A DNA stretch of 64,000 bases, taken from positions 29,574,001 to 29,638,000 of the forward strand of contig OX597832.1 in the NCBI GenBank assembly GCA_951406725.2. The letters are read 5' to 3'. The stretch comes from Octopus vulgaris (taxonomy: Eukaryota). Of the stretch, positions 12,246-26,699 are shown piece by piece. The notes under the pieces are model-generated. The model worked only from the letters and a program-made list of their open reading frames with translations. It searched no databases and was not told the DNA's origin. The translations under genes and the position numbers were made by a program. Every line of letters starts with the position of its first letter. Positions within the stretch are counted from its first letter, which is position 1.

Positions 12246-12505
12246 CATGCATGTGTGTATGCATGTCTATATATATACATGCATATGATCATCATCATCA
12301 TTGTTTAACGTCAGTTTTCCGTGCTGGCATGGGTTGGGTGGTTTGACAGGAGTTGAGTAAAGCTGGGAGCCATATCAGGCTCTGTTTTCTGATGGTAAGG
12401 TTTCTACAGCTGGACACCAACCACTCTACAGAGTGTACTGGGTGCTTTTTACATGGCACCAACACCAGTGCTTTTTATGTGGCACCAAGTATATATATAT
12501 ATATA

Positions 12506-12665
12506 TATACTTTTTTAATAAGCTGCGGAGACATCACAAAAATACAACAAAAAAACTGGGGGGTTTTTTGTGATATCTCTGCAGTTTTATTAACAAAGTA
12601 TATTACTCTACCTCTGGTATTCGAGTACTATTTTTTCCACCATGTTTCACATATATGCGCTTACA
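12506..12665 (+). mobile_element. Foldback cassette in (TA)n (imperfect ~40-bp inverted repeat + tail)
   Basis: 12506-12545 pairs with about 12563-12602; tail runs to 12665; (TA)n on both sides. Confidence 0.55.
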
Positions 12666-12707
<42 letters not shown>

Positions 12708-12713
<6 letters not shown>

Positions 12714-12907
12714 TAAATAAATGGAGTTGAATGCAGATGCTAACTCCATTTATTTACTTATACTACACAAATTACTGCACATTAACCTGGAGTTTCTACC
12801 TTTGAATAGGTCGCTACATCCTTGTTACTTGTGTGAATTTTGCTACCCTGGTCACTGCTTATTGAATTTTCCATGTTAACAGTAAACAAAGGATAATTCA
12901 TTCATCC
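12708..12907 (+). mobile_element. Foldback cassette in (TA)n (21-bp perfect inverted repeat + tail)
   Basis: 12708-12728 is the reverse complement of 12742-12762; tail runs to 12907; (TA)n on both sides. Confidence 0.55.
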
Positions 12908-12940
<33 letters not shown>

Positions 12941-12944
<4 letters not shown>

Positions 12945-13081
12945 GGGCAAATAAAAAAAAAAGGAGAGGATATAAAATCGACAAACATCAGCCAGTAAAC
13001 ATTCCATTGTACCTATTTATTACATGATAACAAACATGTGTTTAAGTGGTGCAAGTAAACGAATGTATCTCTACACTCATT

Positions 13082-13124
<43 letters not shown>

Positions 13125-13156
13125 TACTTTATTCATGTGCTTACTCTGGGATATAC

Positions 13157-13200
<44 letters not shown>

Positions 13201-13506
13201 TTACGTATTTATTGGCTGATCTCATTCGTTTACTTGTACCATTTAAACACGTTTGTTACTTAATAAAAAAAAAGATATAACAGAATGTTCACAGGATGAT
13301 GTTTGTCGATTGTTTATCCTCTCCATTTTCTTATTTGCCTTAAAAATCCTGGGTAAATTTCTAATTGACCCCCACCCATACCTAGCATTCAATTGCACTA
13401 TTACCATGCAATAGTAAGCACTTGGTTTAAAATACGCAGGTACACATCCTGTAGTATGTTGGATATTTAATGTCCCTTAGAGGGTTTCTTAACCCCTAAC
13501 TCATAC
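12941..13506 (+). mobile_element. Foldback cassette (~120-bp diverged inverted repeat + tail), same family as 244-483
   Basis: 12941-13065 pairs imperfectly with 13223-13342; the tail matches 332-483. Confidence 0.6.
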
Positions 13507-14359
13507 AAATAAACAAATAAAGGGATAAAGATGAATATATTTATTCACAAATCGATTGCTGATTGGCAACTGGAAATTTGGACTCAAAATTTGTATTGAT
13601 TGAGCTGCCAAGAAGTAAATGTGTTGTGTGTGTGTGTATGTGTGCGTGTGTTTGTGTGTGTGTATATGTGTGTGTGTGTTTGTATGTGTGTTTATGTGAG
13701 TGTGTTTGTGTTGTGTGTGTGTGTGTGTGTGTGTAGCTACAGGTGTAATTGATACTTAAATTTGCGCTTCCAGAAGCAGGTAACTCCATCTTATCTTACT
13801 CTAATCAACAAACTGAAATATCAATTATGTAAAAAACATTTTTTTAATGATCGTTTGTGTAAATTTCTGGACTAATCCGTCAAACTAAGTTAAATTTCGA
13901 TTGTTGTAAATGATTTATTCCGTCCTTTCATCCTTTTTACAGTAGCTTATCATGCAATATATTTACCAAATTACATTCCCATTAATTGTTTTGTGGACAA
14001 TAAAGAAGTTTTGGTGACAAAGAATTCTGGAAAAAGTCAAAACTCGCTAAGAAAGTTTTGCGCGAATGTAATGTAAGGGAGATAACTCGTGAAGGGAGTT
14101 AATTGCACAAGGGAGGTAATTCAGTAACGCAAAGGTTCGCTTTGCCGTAAATTTTTTAGTTCAAATCTCGCAGGAGCAGAGTTTTGTTTTCCTTCGTTCC
14201 GGTAGAAAGTAATTTATAAAAAGAGAGTTCTAAGGCATTTTGAATCGTCAAATCTTTTTCCTTACCTATCAAAATCAAAATTATAAAATATTTGAAATTT
14301 CTTAATTATTTTCAAATTGCTTTGGAAAGGTCGAACTATTTCTAACGAAAAGACTGAAC

Positions 14360-14665
14360 CAGTGGTTTTCAACCGGAGTCCGTGTGGCCCTTAGGGTCCA
14401 TATTAGGCTTTTTGTGGAGGTGGGGGTGGAAGGTACTTTAAGGGCCCCTGAAAAAATGTTGCATTGCAAGAAACATCTAAGTTTCTTTCTGTAACATTTT
14501 GGTTCAGCCTACACAAGTTGATGTGTCAAAAATTAAATAGGAATTTTGGAAGGAGTATCCATAAAATTAGGTTTTAAAGATCGAATGATTAAGGGGGTGG
14601 GGGTCCACTAGAATAAAATAGTAATCAAAGGGGTCCATAGATAAAATGTGGTTGAGAACCCCCAG
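14360..14665. mobile_element. hAT/Charlie-like MITE
   Basis: TIRs CAGTGGTTTTCAACC ... GGTTGAGAACCCCCAG; no clear 8-bp TSD. Confidence 0.55.
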
Positions 14666-15045
14666 ACCAAAAGAATTATGAAGCTGCAAATAATAAGAAT
14701 GCTTGGTTCCTTAATAGGTTTTTTAATTATTTATATTAGAATCGCGATGAACCAAATTAAATATCAGCATCTGTTTTGTTTTTTCTCAACTTTAGATAAC
14801 ATCTTTCTCTTTGACCCAAGTTTCAACCAGAATCCTTTGATTTTTCTTCCTTTTTTTTTCATGACAAATCAATCTACCATATCAGATGGTATCTAAGACG
14901 CGTTTCGCCCCACCACAACCCTCGAAAAAAATGTCTGAAAGAATCACCTTGGAGTCCTTCCTGCGTCACGTGTTCTCTTCTCTGAAGTTCCGGTCGAAGT
15001 GACAATTCGTGTTGGTCAACTTCTTGCCAAACGGTTACGGCGAAT

Positions 15046-15278
15046 AGAAGGCGGCGAGATGGCAGAAACGTTAGCACGCCGGGCGAAATGCTTAGCGGTA
15101 TTTCGTCTGCCTATACGTTCTGAGTTCAAATTCCGCCGAGGTCGACTTTGCCTTTCATCCTTTCGGAGTCGATTAAATAAGTACCAGTTACGCACTGGGG
15201 TCGATATAATCGACTTAATCCGTTTGTGTGTCCTTCTTTGTCCTCTCTATGTTTAGCCCTTGTGGGTAGTAAAGAATA
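15046..15278 (+). mobile_element. SINE family A monomer with 13-bp TSD, inserted in an old RTE C-terminal remnant
   Basis: GGTTACGGCGAAT at 15033-15045 and 15279-15291; downstream frame reads MG.DWDTAQRI.WD...YRQMVDA (RTE-like end). Confidence 0.85.
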
Positions 15279-15706
15279 GGTTACGGCGAATGAAGAAGTA
15301 TTTCATTGAGATGGGAACTGATTGGGACACTGCTCAGAGGATTCCCTGGGACAACTCGAGCAGATACCGACAAATGGTGGATGCAACGACACACGCGCTC
15401 AGACCTGAGCTGACCTGGTTCCCTATATTTGAAGTTGGGTCCATATTGATTTCAAATTTTGGCTCAAGGCCAGCAATTTCGGGGGAGGGTATAAGTCGAT
15501 GACATCGACTCCATTGTCCAACTGCTACTTATTTCATCGACCCAGAGTGGATGAAGGGCAAAGTCGACCTCAGCGGTATTTGAACTCAGAATGTAAAGTC
15601 GAAAGAAATGCCGCTAAACATTTCTCCCGGTGCGGTAACGATTCTTCCAGATCGCCGTGGGGGGCAGGAAGGGTCAACGAATGAAATAATACAGCCACAA
15701 TCTATG

Positions 15707-15990
15707 AAGGCGTATGGCTTAGTGGTTAGGGTTTTCGGCTCAAGATCGTAAGGTCACGAGTTCGATTCTCGGCAGCGCGTTGAATCCTTGGGCAAGACAC
15801 TCTATTCCTCGTTACTCGAGTTCACTCAACTGACAAGAAAACGAAAAATATCTGTAATTCAAAGGGCCAGCCTTGTCACAGATATGCGTATCTGTGGAGT
15901 ACTAAGCCACATGCACGTTAATTTCATGAACAGGTTGTACCGTTGATCGAATCAACTGAAACACTCACCGTCGTAACAGACGGAGTACCA
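15707..15990 (+). mobile_element. tRNA-derived SINE (family C-type head/core, distinct tail)
   Basis: TGGCTTAGTGG A box, GAGTTCGATTC B box, core TCCTTGGGCAAGACACT. Confidence 0.7.
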
Positions 15991-16784
15991 TTTACCGTTC
16001 CAATAAACGAACATTTGAAAGGAAAATTCTAAGCGAATGAAGCCTCTTGATTTGACAAAACTTTAAATCTAAACGATAGCGTTAACCTCCTTATCTCCAA
16101 AGATAACCATAAGCTCGACCCTTTAACCTTTAACCCTCACATAAACATATTCCCACCATCGAATTATACATTTAAACTGTAATATTCCATCATTTTCCTG
16201 CAAGTCTGATAATTTTTGTGTCTGTCTTGGGTCAATGTTATTCTTCCGTCCTATCCGTTAGCTTCCGATATGTGTCTCTGCTTCCTACCCCAAAATGGTA
16301 ATTACCCGAACAAAATGGTAATTCCTCAAAATTGACAGTAATTCCCAGAGAATAACGGAAACAGTGTGTGTGTGTGTGTGTGCTCGCGCGCAGCTGTATA
16401 TTTCTAAATTGTGAAGCCGAATAAAACAAATAATGTTTGTAAAAGAAATGAAGATCGTCTGCCATTTCTGGCAGACGATCTTCGTTTATTTTACAGAGTT
16501 GTGACGTTTGTAGCCGGATAATATCAATCTGCTGTTTCTGGCTGATAGAGACCATCTCTACCTGTAACTATAAGTATTTCACCAGTAGGTGGAGTCAGTA
16601 GATCTATGAGTAAAGTCGTTCCAGCCATGTCAATCCTGTCTTTTGCTATATCAATGACAACATAGGTCAGTTTATTACGTGTTACAAGACTATAGAATGT
16701 ATTTTGAGGGGGATTTAGCTGTTATTTCTTGGTGGTAAACGAACACGCAGGGGCTCCTCTCCAGCCGATTATTTTGAGCAAGGT

Positions 16785-18960
<2,176 letters not shown>

Positions 18961-19095
18961 AAAAATGAACAGAGAAGATAGAAAATGTTATCTTCATTAT
19001 GATGTCTTTAATTGAAGACTTCTAATTAATTTCTTAATTACAACTGTACACATACACACTCTGTCTGTGTCTGTGTGTGTATAAACACACTCATT

Positions 19096-19570
19096 TTCTT
19101 CTTCTTCTTCTTCTTCTTCTTCTTCTTCTTCTTCTTCTTCTTCTCCTCCTCCTCCTCCTCCTTCTTCTTCTTCTTCTTCTTCTTCTTCTTCTCCTCCTCC
19201 TCCTTCTTCTTCTTCTTCTTCTTCTTCTTCTTCTTCCCCCCTCCTCTTCTTCTTCGTCTTCTTCTTCTTCTTCTTCCCCCTCTTCTTCTTCTTCTTCTTC
19301 TTTTTCCCTCTTCTTCTTCGTCTTCTTCTTCTTCTTCTTCCCCCTCCTCTTCTTCTTCGTCTTCTTCTTCTTCTTCTTCCCCCTCTTCTTCTTCTTCTTC
19401 TTTTTCCCTCTTCTTCTTCTTCTTCTTCTTCTCCTCCTCCTTCTTCGTCTTCTTCCCCCTCCTCTTCTTCTTCGTCTTCTTCTTCTTCCCCCTCTTCTTC
19501 TTCTTCTTTTTCCCTCTTCTTCTTCTTCCTCTTCTTCTTCCTCCTCCTCCTCCTCTTCACCCTCTTCCTT
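19096..19570. repeat. (CTT/CCT)n polypyrimidine tract with higher-order repeats
   Basis: Direct inspection. Confidence 0.95.
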
Positions 19571-19949
19571 TCTTAATCGCCGTCTCTAAGTTTCTCACTG
19601 GTTCTGTTCCTTTCGCTTATCAAACCCTTTCTCTCTCCCTCTCTCTCTCCCTCTCCCCCTCCCTCCCTCTCTCTCTCCCTCTCTTTATTTCTCCCCCCTC
19701 TCTCTCTCTCTCCACCATTTTTCTCTTTCTAAAAAACCTTCTCCACAGTTAAAAATTCCCTCTTCCGCTTCTCTTCCTTTTTGCTTTTCGTTCTCACAAC
19801 CATCCAGCTTTAGTACACACACACACAATATTAACCCCCCCTCCCCCACACCCTCTCTCTCTCACACTTCCCTACCCCTCTCCAACACACTCTCTTCTCC
19901 TCCTCACACCCCCTTCACCTCCCCTCCACCACACATAACCCATTTAAAC

Positions 19950-20005
<56 letters not shown>

Positions 20006-20324
20006 TAATATTATTCGAAATTCTTTAGATGGAATGTGCTGACGTAAATCTCCCACATCAGTTTCTCTGACTCGGTATTTCATGTTTTCCTTCTTCTACT
20101 CTCCATAATCTTTCCTATACAATAGCGGCCACACAACTGCCCCAAAGGCCTCACGAAAAAAAAAAAGAAAAAAACGTCGTCTCTATTATTCTAAATCTAC
20201 TTCACCTTTCTACATGGATTCTAACCTATTTTAATACTTTTTTTATTTCCTCTCATTTTTACCTGTACTTTGTATTAGCAGTCACGTAAATATACCCACA
20301 TTCATACAACACACATACGCATTA

Positions 20325-20330
20325 TATATG

Positions 20331-20399
<69 letters not shown>

Positions 20400-20406
20400 A
20401 TATTTA

Positions 20407-20497
<91 letters not shown>

Positions 20498-20838
20498 TTG
20501 CATACATACATACCTATATATATACTCATATATATATATACATGTATATTATATGTATATATATGTATATTATATGTATATATATATATATATATACATG
20601 TATATTATATGTATATATACATGTATATTATATGTATATATATATATATATATACTCATATACCTATATACATATATACATATATACATACATACATATA
20701 TTCATATATATATTTACATATGTATCAAAAGTAATATTTTATACACACATATACACATACATATATACTCACATGTTTTATATATATGTATACATGCATC
20801 TCTATATAAATATATAAACAGACGTGCATGTATATATG

Positions 20839-20869
<31 letters not shown>

Positions 20870-20884
20870 GTGCATGTGTATATA

Positions 20885-20950
<66 letters not shown>

Positions 20951-21026
20951 TATATATATACTTACAAGCGCATATGGATGTGTGTGCGTGCGCGTGAGTG
21001 TGTATGTATGTGTGTGCGTGTGTGTG
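20325..21026. repeat. Compound (TA)n/(CA)n/(TG)n microsatellite
   Basis: Direct inspection. Confidence 0.95.
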
Positions 21027-21590
21027 TTGTGAGAACAGATACCTCGAAAACATCCTCCAGTGGGATCAAACAAATCTTACGTTCAACTACACCAACCAAC
21101 CAACCAACCAACACAGACATAACACATAAACAAACAATATCTTTCCACCTCTCTCACTCTGTCTCTCTCTCTCTCACTCTCTCTCTCTCTCTCTCTCTTT
21201 CTCTTTCTCTTTCATGAATAAGACGCCATTAAGACCCTCAAGGTCACTACACATGTTAGAATTCGACTTCATTGAAGATTTCTCCTGATCCATTCACATC
21301 CTCGACACAGTTGCTCCTGCGTCTCAAAGACTGGTTTCGACATTCAGGAGCAAAAAAAAAAACAGAAAAGAATTCTTCAGCTTTCAACAACGACTGACTT
21401 CACCCTCTATAAAAAAAAAAACTTACTGTGTCCCATATGGAATTCTGATCTGTAAAACCATGCTGGGTCCCAAACAGGGAACAGCTTCAACATTTTTATA
21501 GCGCTGCTGTTACACACAGACAGACATCTTAGAAAAAAGCAAGAAAGAAAAGCCAGCCAAAGGATCGAACTCCATACTCCAATTTCTGGT

Positions 21591-21670
21591 CGCCAGACGT
21601 ACTCTGTCATCGCCAGACGTACTCTGTCGTCGACAGACGTACTCTGTCGTCGACAGACGTACTCTGTTGT
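21591..21670. repeat. 20-bp minisatellite x4
   Basis: Unit CG(C/A)CAGACGTACTCTGTC(A/G)T. Confidence 0.9.
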
Positions 21671-21981
21671 CTCTACTCAGCACATAGACGTACTCCACCC
21701 TCTCTACTCAGCTCACAGGCATGGTGTATCCTTTCTGCTCAGCTCACACATTACACTCAAATTCAAACAACCGACAAAACACTAAATCAACAACAACAAA
21801 ACAAAATATCTCCCACAACTTACGCGGTTGTAATGAAACTTAATTCTACGTTCGGAAATGACAAAGGTGCACACACCAGGGTAACGCGGACGACAGAGGT
21901 GTGGCTGGGGAGGATGGAGGTACCACTGGAAAGCACAGAGGTGCACCTGGGGATGACAGGGGTGCAGCTGGTGGTACAAGA

Positions 21982-22430
21982 GAAGGTGGCGAACTGGCAG
22001 AATCGTTAGCACGACGGGCGAAATGCTGAGCGGTATTTCGTCAGCGGCTACGTTCTGAGTTCAAATTCTGCCGAGGTCCACTTTGCCTTTCATCCTTTCG
22101 CGGTCGATTAAATAAGTACCAGTTACGCACTGGGGTCGATATAATCGACTTAATCCGTTTGTCTGTCCTTGTTTGTCCCCTCTGTGTTTAGCCCCTTGTG
22201 GGTAGCGAAGAAATAGGTATTTCGTCTGCCGCTACGTTCTGAGTTCAAATTCCGCCGAGGTCGACTTTGCCTTTCATCCTTTCGGGGTCGATTAAATAAG
22301 TACCAGTTACACACTGGGGTCGATATAATCGACTTAATCCGTTTGTCTGTCCTTGTTTGTCCCTGTGTGTTTAGCCCCTTGTGGGTAGTAAAGAAATAGG
22401 TATTTCGTCTGCCGCTACGTTCTGAGTTCA
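21982..22430 (+). mobile_element. SINE family A, head-to-tail multimer (head + two bodies + start of a third)
   Basis: Junction GAAATAGGTATTTC at 22210-22223 and 22393-22406; period 183 bp. Confidence 0.9.
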
Positions 22431-22689
22431 AGAGAAAAAGTTAGAATATTGAGCATTTTTTTTCATTAAGTGCAAGGGCCTCGTTCATATACCTCAGTAA
22501 ATGCTCTAAGGACTAAGGTTACAATAAATGTAGGGCTGGATAAACAAAGTTATAGAAAAGCGTGAGGTGAGGGTGGGAGTAGCGAAGAGGCTACAAAATA
22601 AACGGATTAAAATTGGATTTAAACAAAATAAATATTAAAAATATCATAAAACAGTAATTAAAACAAGAATTAGAATATGAAAAGCATTT

Positions 22690-23260
22690 AGAGTTACCAA
22701 CTCTCACGCAGGTGAGAACCTGCTGGCTAAGTTGGGTCAAGGCACTCACAACTTTGCCATTCTTCCATTGTTTATACTTAGCTCTGGTGTGCCCAAAAGC
22801 GCTTGCGGTAAATTCTTGCGGTTGGATGGCCTACAAAACGTTCTCCGGTTCAGGTTCTTCCAAATACTTTTAATATTTTATCAATAATCCATGTCATTTG
22901 TTTTTAACTAAATTCTGCAACAAAATCCTCTTGAAGAATTCGTCGTCAAACTCCAAATTCGCATTACAATATACGTCTTTTAGCTCCACACCATTCCGCC
23001 CTATCGCCATATGACTGTGAATCTCCTAACGTTGTCCCAAGGAGCGGTGAGAGGGAGAACTTCATATTTTTTCGCTGCCTTTTGTTGAGCTTCCTCTTTT
23101 TGAAGTCTTATTTTTAACCTCTTGTGCCCCAGCAACACTTTGTCCTTCTTAGTTTCCTGCATTTTATCTTGTCATCGGAAGACGGCGGCATAGAGGTGGG
23201 CGCTGCAATAGGCTGGTGTAGCGGCGAAATAGAGAACCTTGCCATTGGTCTTTAAAGAGC
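22690..23260 (-). mobile_element. Possible L1/Tx1-type ORF1 remnant
   Basis: Minus-strand frameshifted FVGHP...AFGHTRAKY resembles a decayed zinc knuckle; weak. Confidence 0.3.
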
Positions 23261-24103
23261 TGTCGTGAGTTAGTCTACACTAACAACCCCGTAGAAGGGG
23301 GACACACATACAGGTCCTCATGACTTACAAGACCACACACACAAAAAAAATTATCCTTCCTTTATGGTAGGCTCTGAGAAAGGCTCTGAGACTCATCATT
23401 CAGGATGGGGAGTTCAGTTGTTGCACGTGTGGCATAGAAGTTATTTAAGGGTCTTTCTATCCAGAAGGACTAAAACAGCAAACTACGAAGTTGTGGCTTC
23501 TATGATAACACCAAGAGTAACTCTGGAGATGCCAGAAGTGATTGCCTTGTCCCCAGACCAGGAAGCCGAGGGACATCTTTCCCCAGCACTAACCAATATA
23601 GACAGTGAGGAAGATGGAAGGAGACAGTGACTGATCGTAACAACAGCAATGGATTCCGTAAGAAGCAGACGATACTGAAGCCTTTCTTCACAGCTAGACC
23701 GCCCTATGAACTTGCGAAGCTGAAGACTAGATGAGAACTGGAGTATTGGAATCTAGTTAAAAGAAGAGGATGAAGACTTTGTCACGTATACCGGGACCGT
23801 AAACTGAATGTACGGAAGGTTTAAACAGAAACTCCTATGTTTAAGTGCCTCCTTTTTGTCCAAGGGCTTCTGGCAAACAAAGATGCGCAGATACGCGCAA
23901 GAATTCTCACAATAAACTGTTTTAGCATCTGTCTTGAATATATTGTTTTGTCGATAAAATTTGATTTTTTTTCTCATACCTTCTAAGCCGTTGGGTCTTC
24001 AGTTGAAGTCATTCTTTCAATTGTTCCTTGGCTGCAGGGAGGTTTATTATTATTATTATTGTTATTATTATTATTATTATTGTTATTATTATTATTATTA
24101 TTG

Positions 24104-24179
<76 letters not shown>

Positions 24180-24408
24180 CTATTTCTTTACTACCCGTAA
24201 GGGGCTAAACACAGAGGGGACAAACAAGGACACACAAACGGATAAAGTCGATTATATCGACCCCAGTGCGTAACTGGTACTTATTTAATCGACCCCGAAA
24301 GGGTGAAAGGCAAACTCAACCTCGACGGAATTTGAACTCAGAAGGAAACGGCAGACGAAATACGGCTACGCATTTCGCCCGGCGTGCTAACGTTTCTGTC
24401 AGCTCGCC
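24180..24408 (-). mobile_element. SINE family A monomer
   Basis: Reverse complement of the family A sequence. Confidence 0.85.
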
Positions 24409-24519
24409 ATCATCATCATCATCATCATCATCAAATGATGATAATAATAATAAGAATGATGATGATGATGATGATGATCATCATCATCATCATTTCAGTT
24501 CCTGTTGTTATTATTATTA

Positions 24520-24596
<77 letters not shown>

Positions 24597-26070
24597 TTCC
24601 TTCTTTCTTCAAATTTTCTTCCGTTTCGCACCGGGTGTTTTCCGTACACCTAGGGCAGAGAAGCTCATTGTATGCATTCCCAGATTACACACGCAAATTC
24701 ACAGGTAAAATATGTATTTAAAAAATTAATAATTGAATAAATTCATGAATGGATGTTGTTTTCACGGCGATAATGCTCTTCTCAGTACATGAGCCGTTCC
24801 AGTTAACACGATTTTTTGCTCTTCTTGTAGGGATGGTAAGCCTGGTATCATTTTCAAATAGGTTTCATTACCTTTTTTATCATTCCTAGAGATCCTACAA
24901 TCACTGGTACTGTAGTCGCCTTGAGATGTCACATTTTTTCAATTTCTATTAGCAAGTCTTTATATTTACTGATCTTGTCAAATTTTTTCGCCGCTATATT
25001 GTGATCGCAAGGAATACTCATGGTAATTAATAGGCACATCCTTTTTGTCTGATCTTTTATGATAATATCTGGTTTATTAGCTTTTATTGTTTTGTCGGTC
25101 TGTACGGGGAAGTCCCATAGAATCGACACATTTTCTCCCTCAGTCACAGCTTCAGGATGGTGTTTATACCATTTATCAGCGGTTTTGATTTTATAATGCC
25201 GACATATTGTCCAATGTAAATACTGGCCGACTCTGTCATGTCTTGCTTTATATTCTACAGGTGCTAAGACTCTACACCCTGAGATTAGGTGGTCTATTGT
25301 TTCAATCTCATCGTTACAAAATCGGCATTTTGGGTCAGCTCCATTTTTTTATCACATTGGCTTGGTAGTTCCGGGTTAATAAGCTTTGGTCTTGAGCAGC
25401 TAATATGAAACCTTCACTCTCTGCTTTTAGCCCTGAGCTTCGTAACCATTGGTGCGTGTATTTCTGGTCGACATCAGCTTGTTTGGTACGGGCCACATAC
25501 TTGCCATGCAGAGGTTTCTGTTCCCATCTACTAGCTAATTTTTCATGTGCTTTTGTCTTTGCAATTAATTTTATTTTCTTTGCAGCAGCAGTTGGCGCAT
25601 TTCCTTCAGCCTGATCAATCTGGTGGGTATCTAAGAGATCAGTAGCGAATTTTTTGCTCTCTTTTAGAATAGGGTGAAGTATTTTCGGCCTTTCATGTTT
25701 TTCAACAAGTTTTAGCATCCAATCGTTGGTTGCTTCAAGGTATTTGGCCAGTCCGATTGTGGTGGTTTTGTATGTAAGTTCAAGCTGGATCAAACCTCGA
25801 CCTCCCTGAGCTCTGGGAAGGTAAAGGTAATCCACGTCTGCCTTTGGATGGTGCATCTTATCACAAGCTTGGGAATTTTCCTGTCAATTTTCATTATTTC
25901 ACTGGTATTCCAGTTAAGCACATTGAAACTATAAAGAACAACTGGGACTGCTAAGGAATTTATGGCTAACACCTTATTATATGCATTCAGCTCAGACTTC
26001 AGGATTGCTCGAACTCTTCTATAACATTCCTTCATAACCTTCTCTTTCATACTTGCATGCTGGATACCAA
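24597..26070 (-). mobile_element. Dong/R4-clade non-LTR retrotransposon, 5'-truncated (thumb, CCHC, restriction-like endonuclease, 3'UTR)
   Basis: HHPKADVD.LYLPRAQGGRGL, ESEGFILAAQDQSL.TRNY, ILWDFPVQTDKTIKANKPDII, KYKDL.IE, QKIVLTGTAHVLRRAL; 3' end abuts (TAA)n; a few frameshifts. Confidence 0.9.
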
Positions 26071-26699
26071 CAATTGTTATTATCACATCATCGAAATATT
26101 GAAGCTACGAGATAATGTGTGAATAGTTGAAGACAATGTGAATAAATGAACATTACATTTGACAGAGTAATCTGAATGCTAAAAGATTAAAGACTGATTT
26201 AATAAATGAGTTAGGGTTGGGGAGCTGAAACACTGTTGATGGCAGACGACAACCAAACTTTGAATATTAAGTCGGTAACTAAATGTATTCATCGTTTTGA
26301 TGAAAGCGAGAAATACCGACTTTGAGGAATTAATAGAGAGAGTATCAGCCACAGAGTGGTACAAGATGAGAAAGAGTATAAAATTAGGCATGACAAGCGC
26401 TGTGTGTATCTTCATGAGTGGATTAAAAATATGGCTATCAGGAGTCAATCAGAGTGATTGATTAAATTTTTAGAATAACAGTGTAGGGTAGGTGTAAGAT
26501 GAAGGATCTGGTTAGTTTGAATATAACGGGAGGAAAGAGCCGCCCTAAATAGTATCTTTAATTATATTCATCGTGTTAATGAATTTATTAATCAAGACGA
26601 GAGAAAAAAAAGTTGTTCAATCATTCATACTAGATTTTATCAATTTACCTACAACAAATATCTTCATAAATTCATGAATTCAGGAATACGAAACTTTTT

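Noticed and set aside
14073-14121. Three copies of an AAGGGAGxTAAxT motif
   Set aside because: Too short and degenerate to assign; probably a subterminal motif of an old transposon.
18997-19752. Glu/Lys/Arg-rich and poly-Ser/Phe ORFs
   Set aside because: (CTT)n microsatellite translation.
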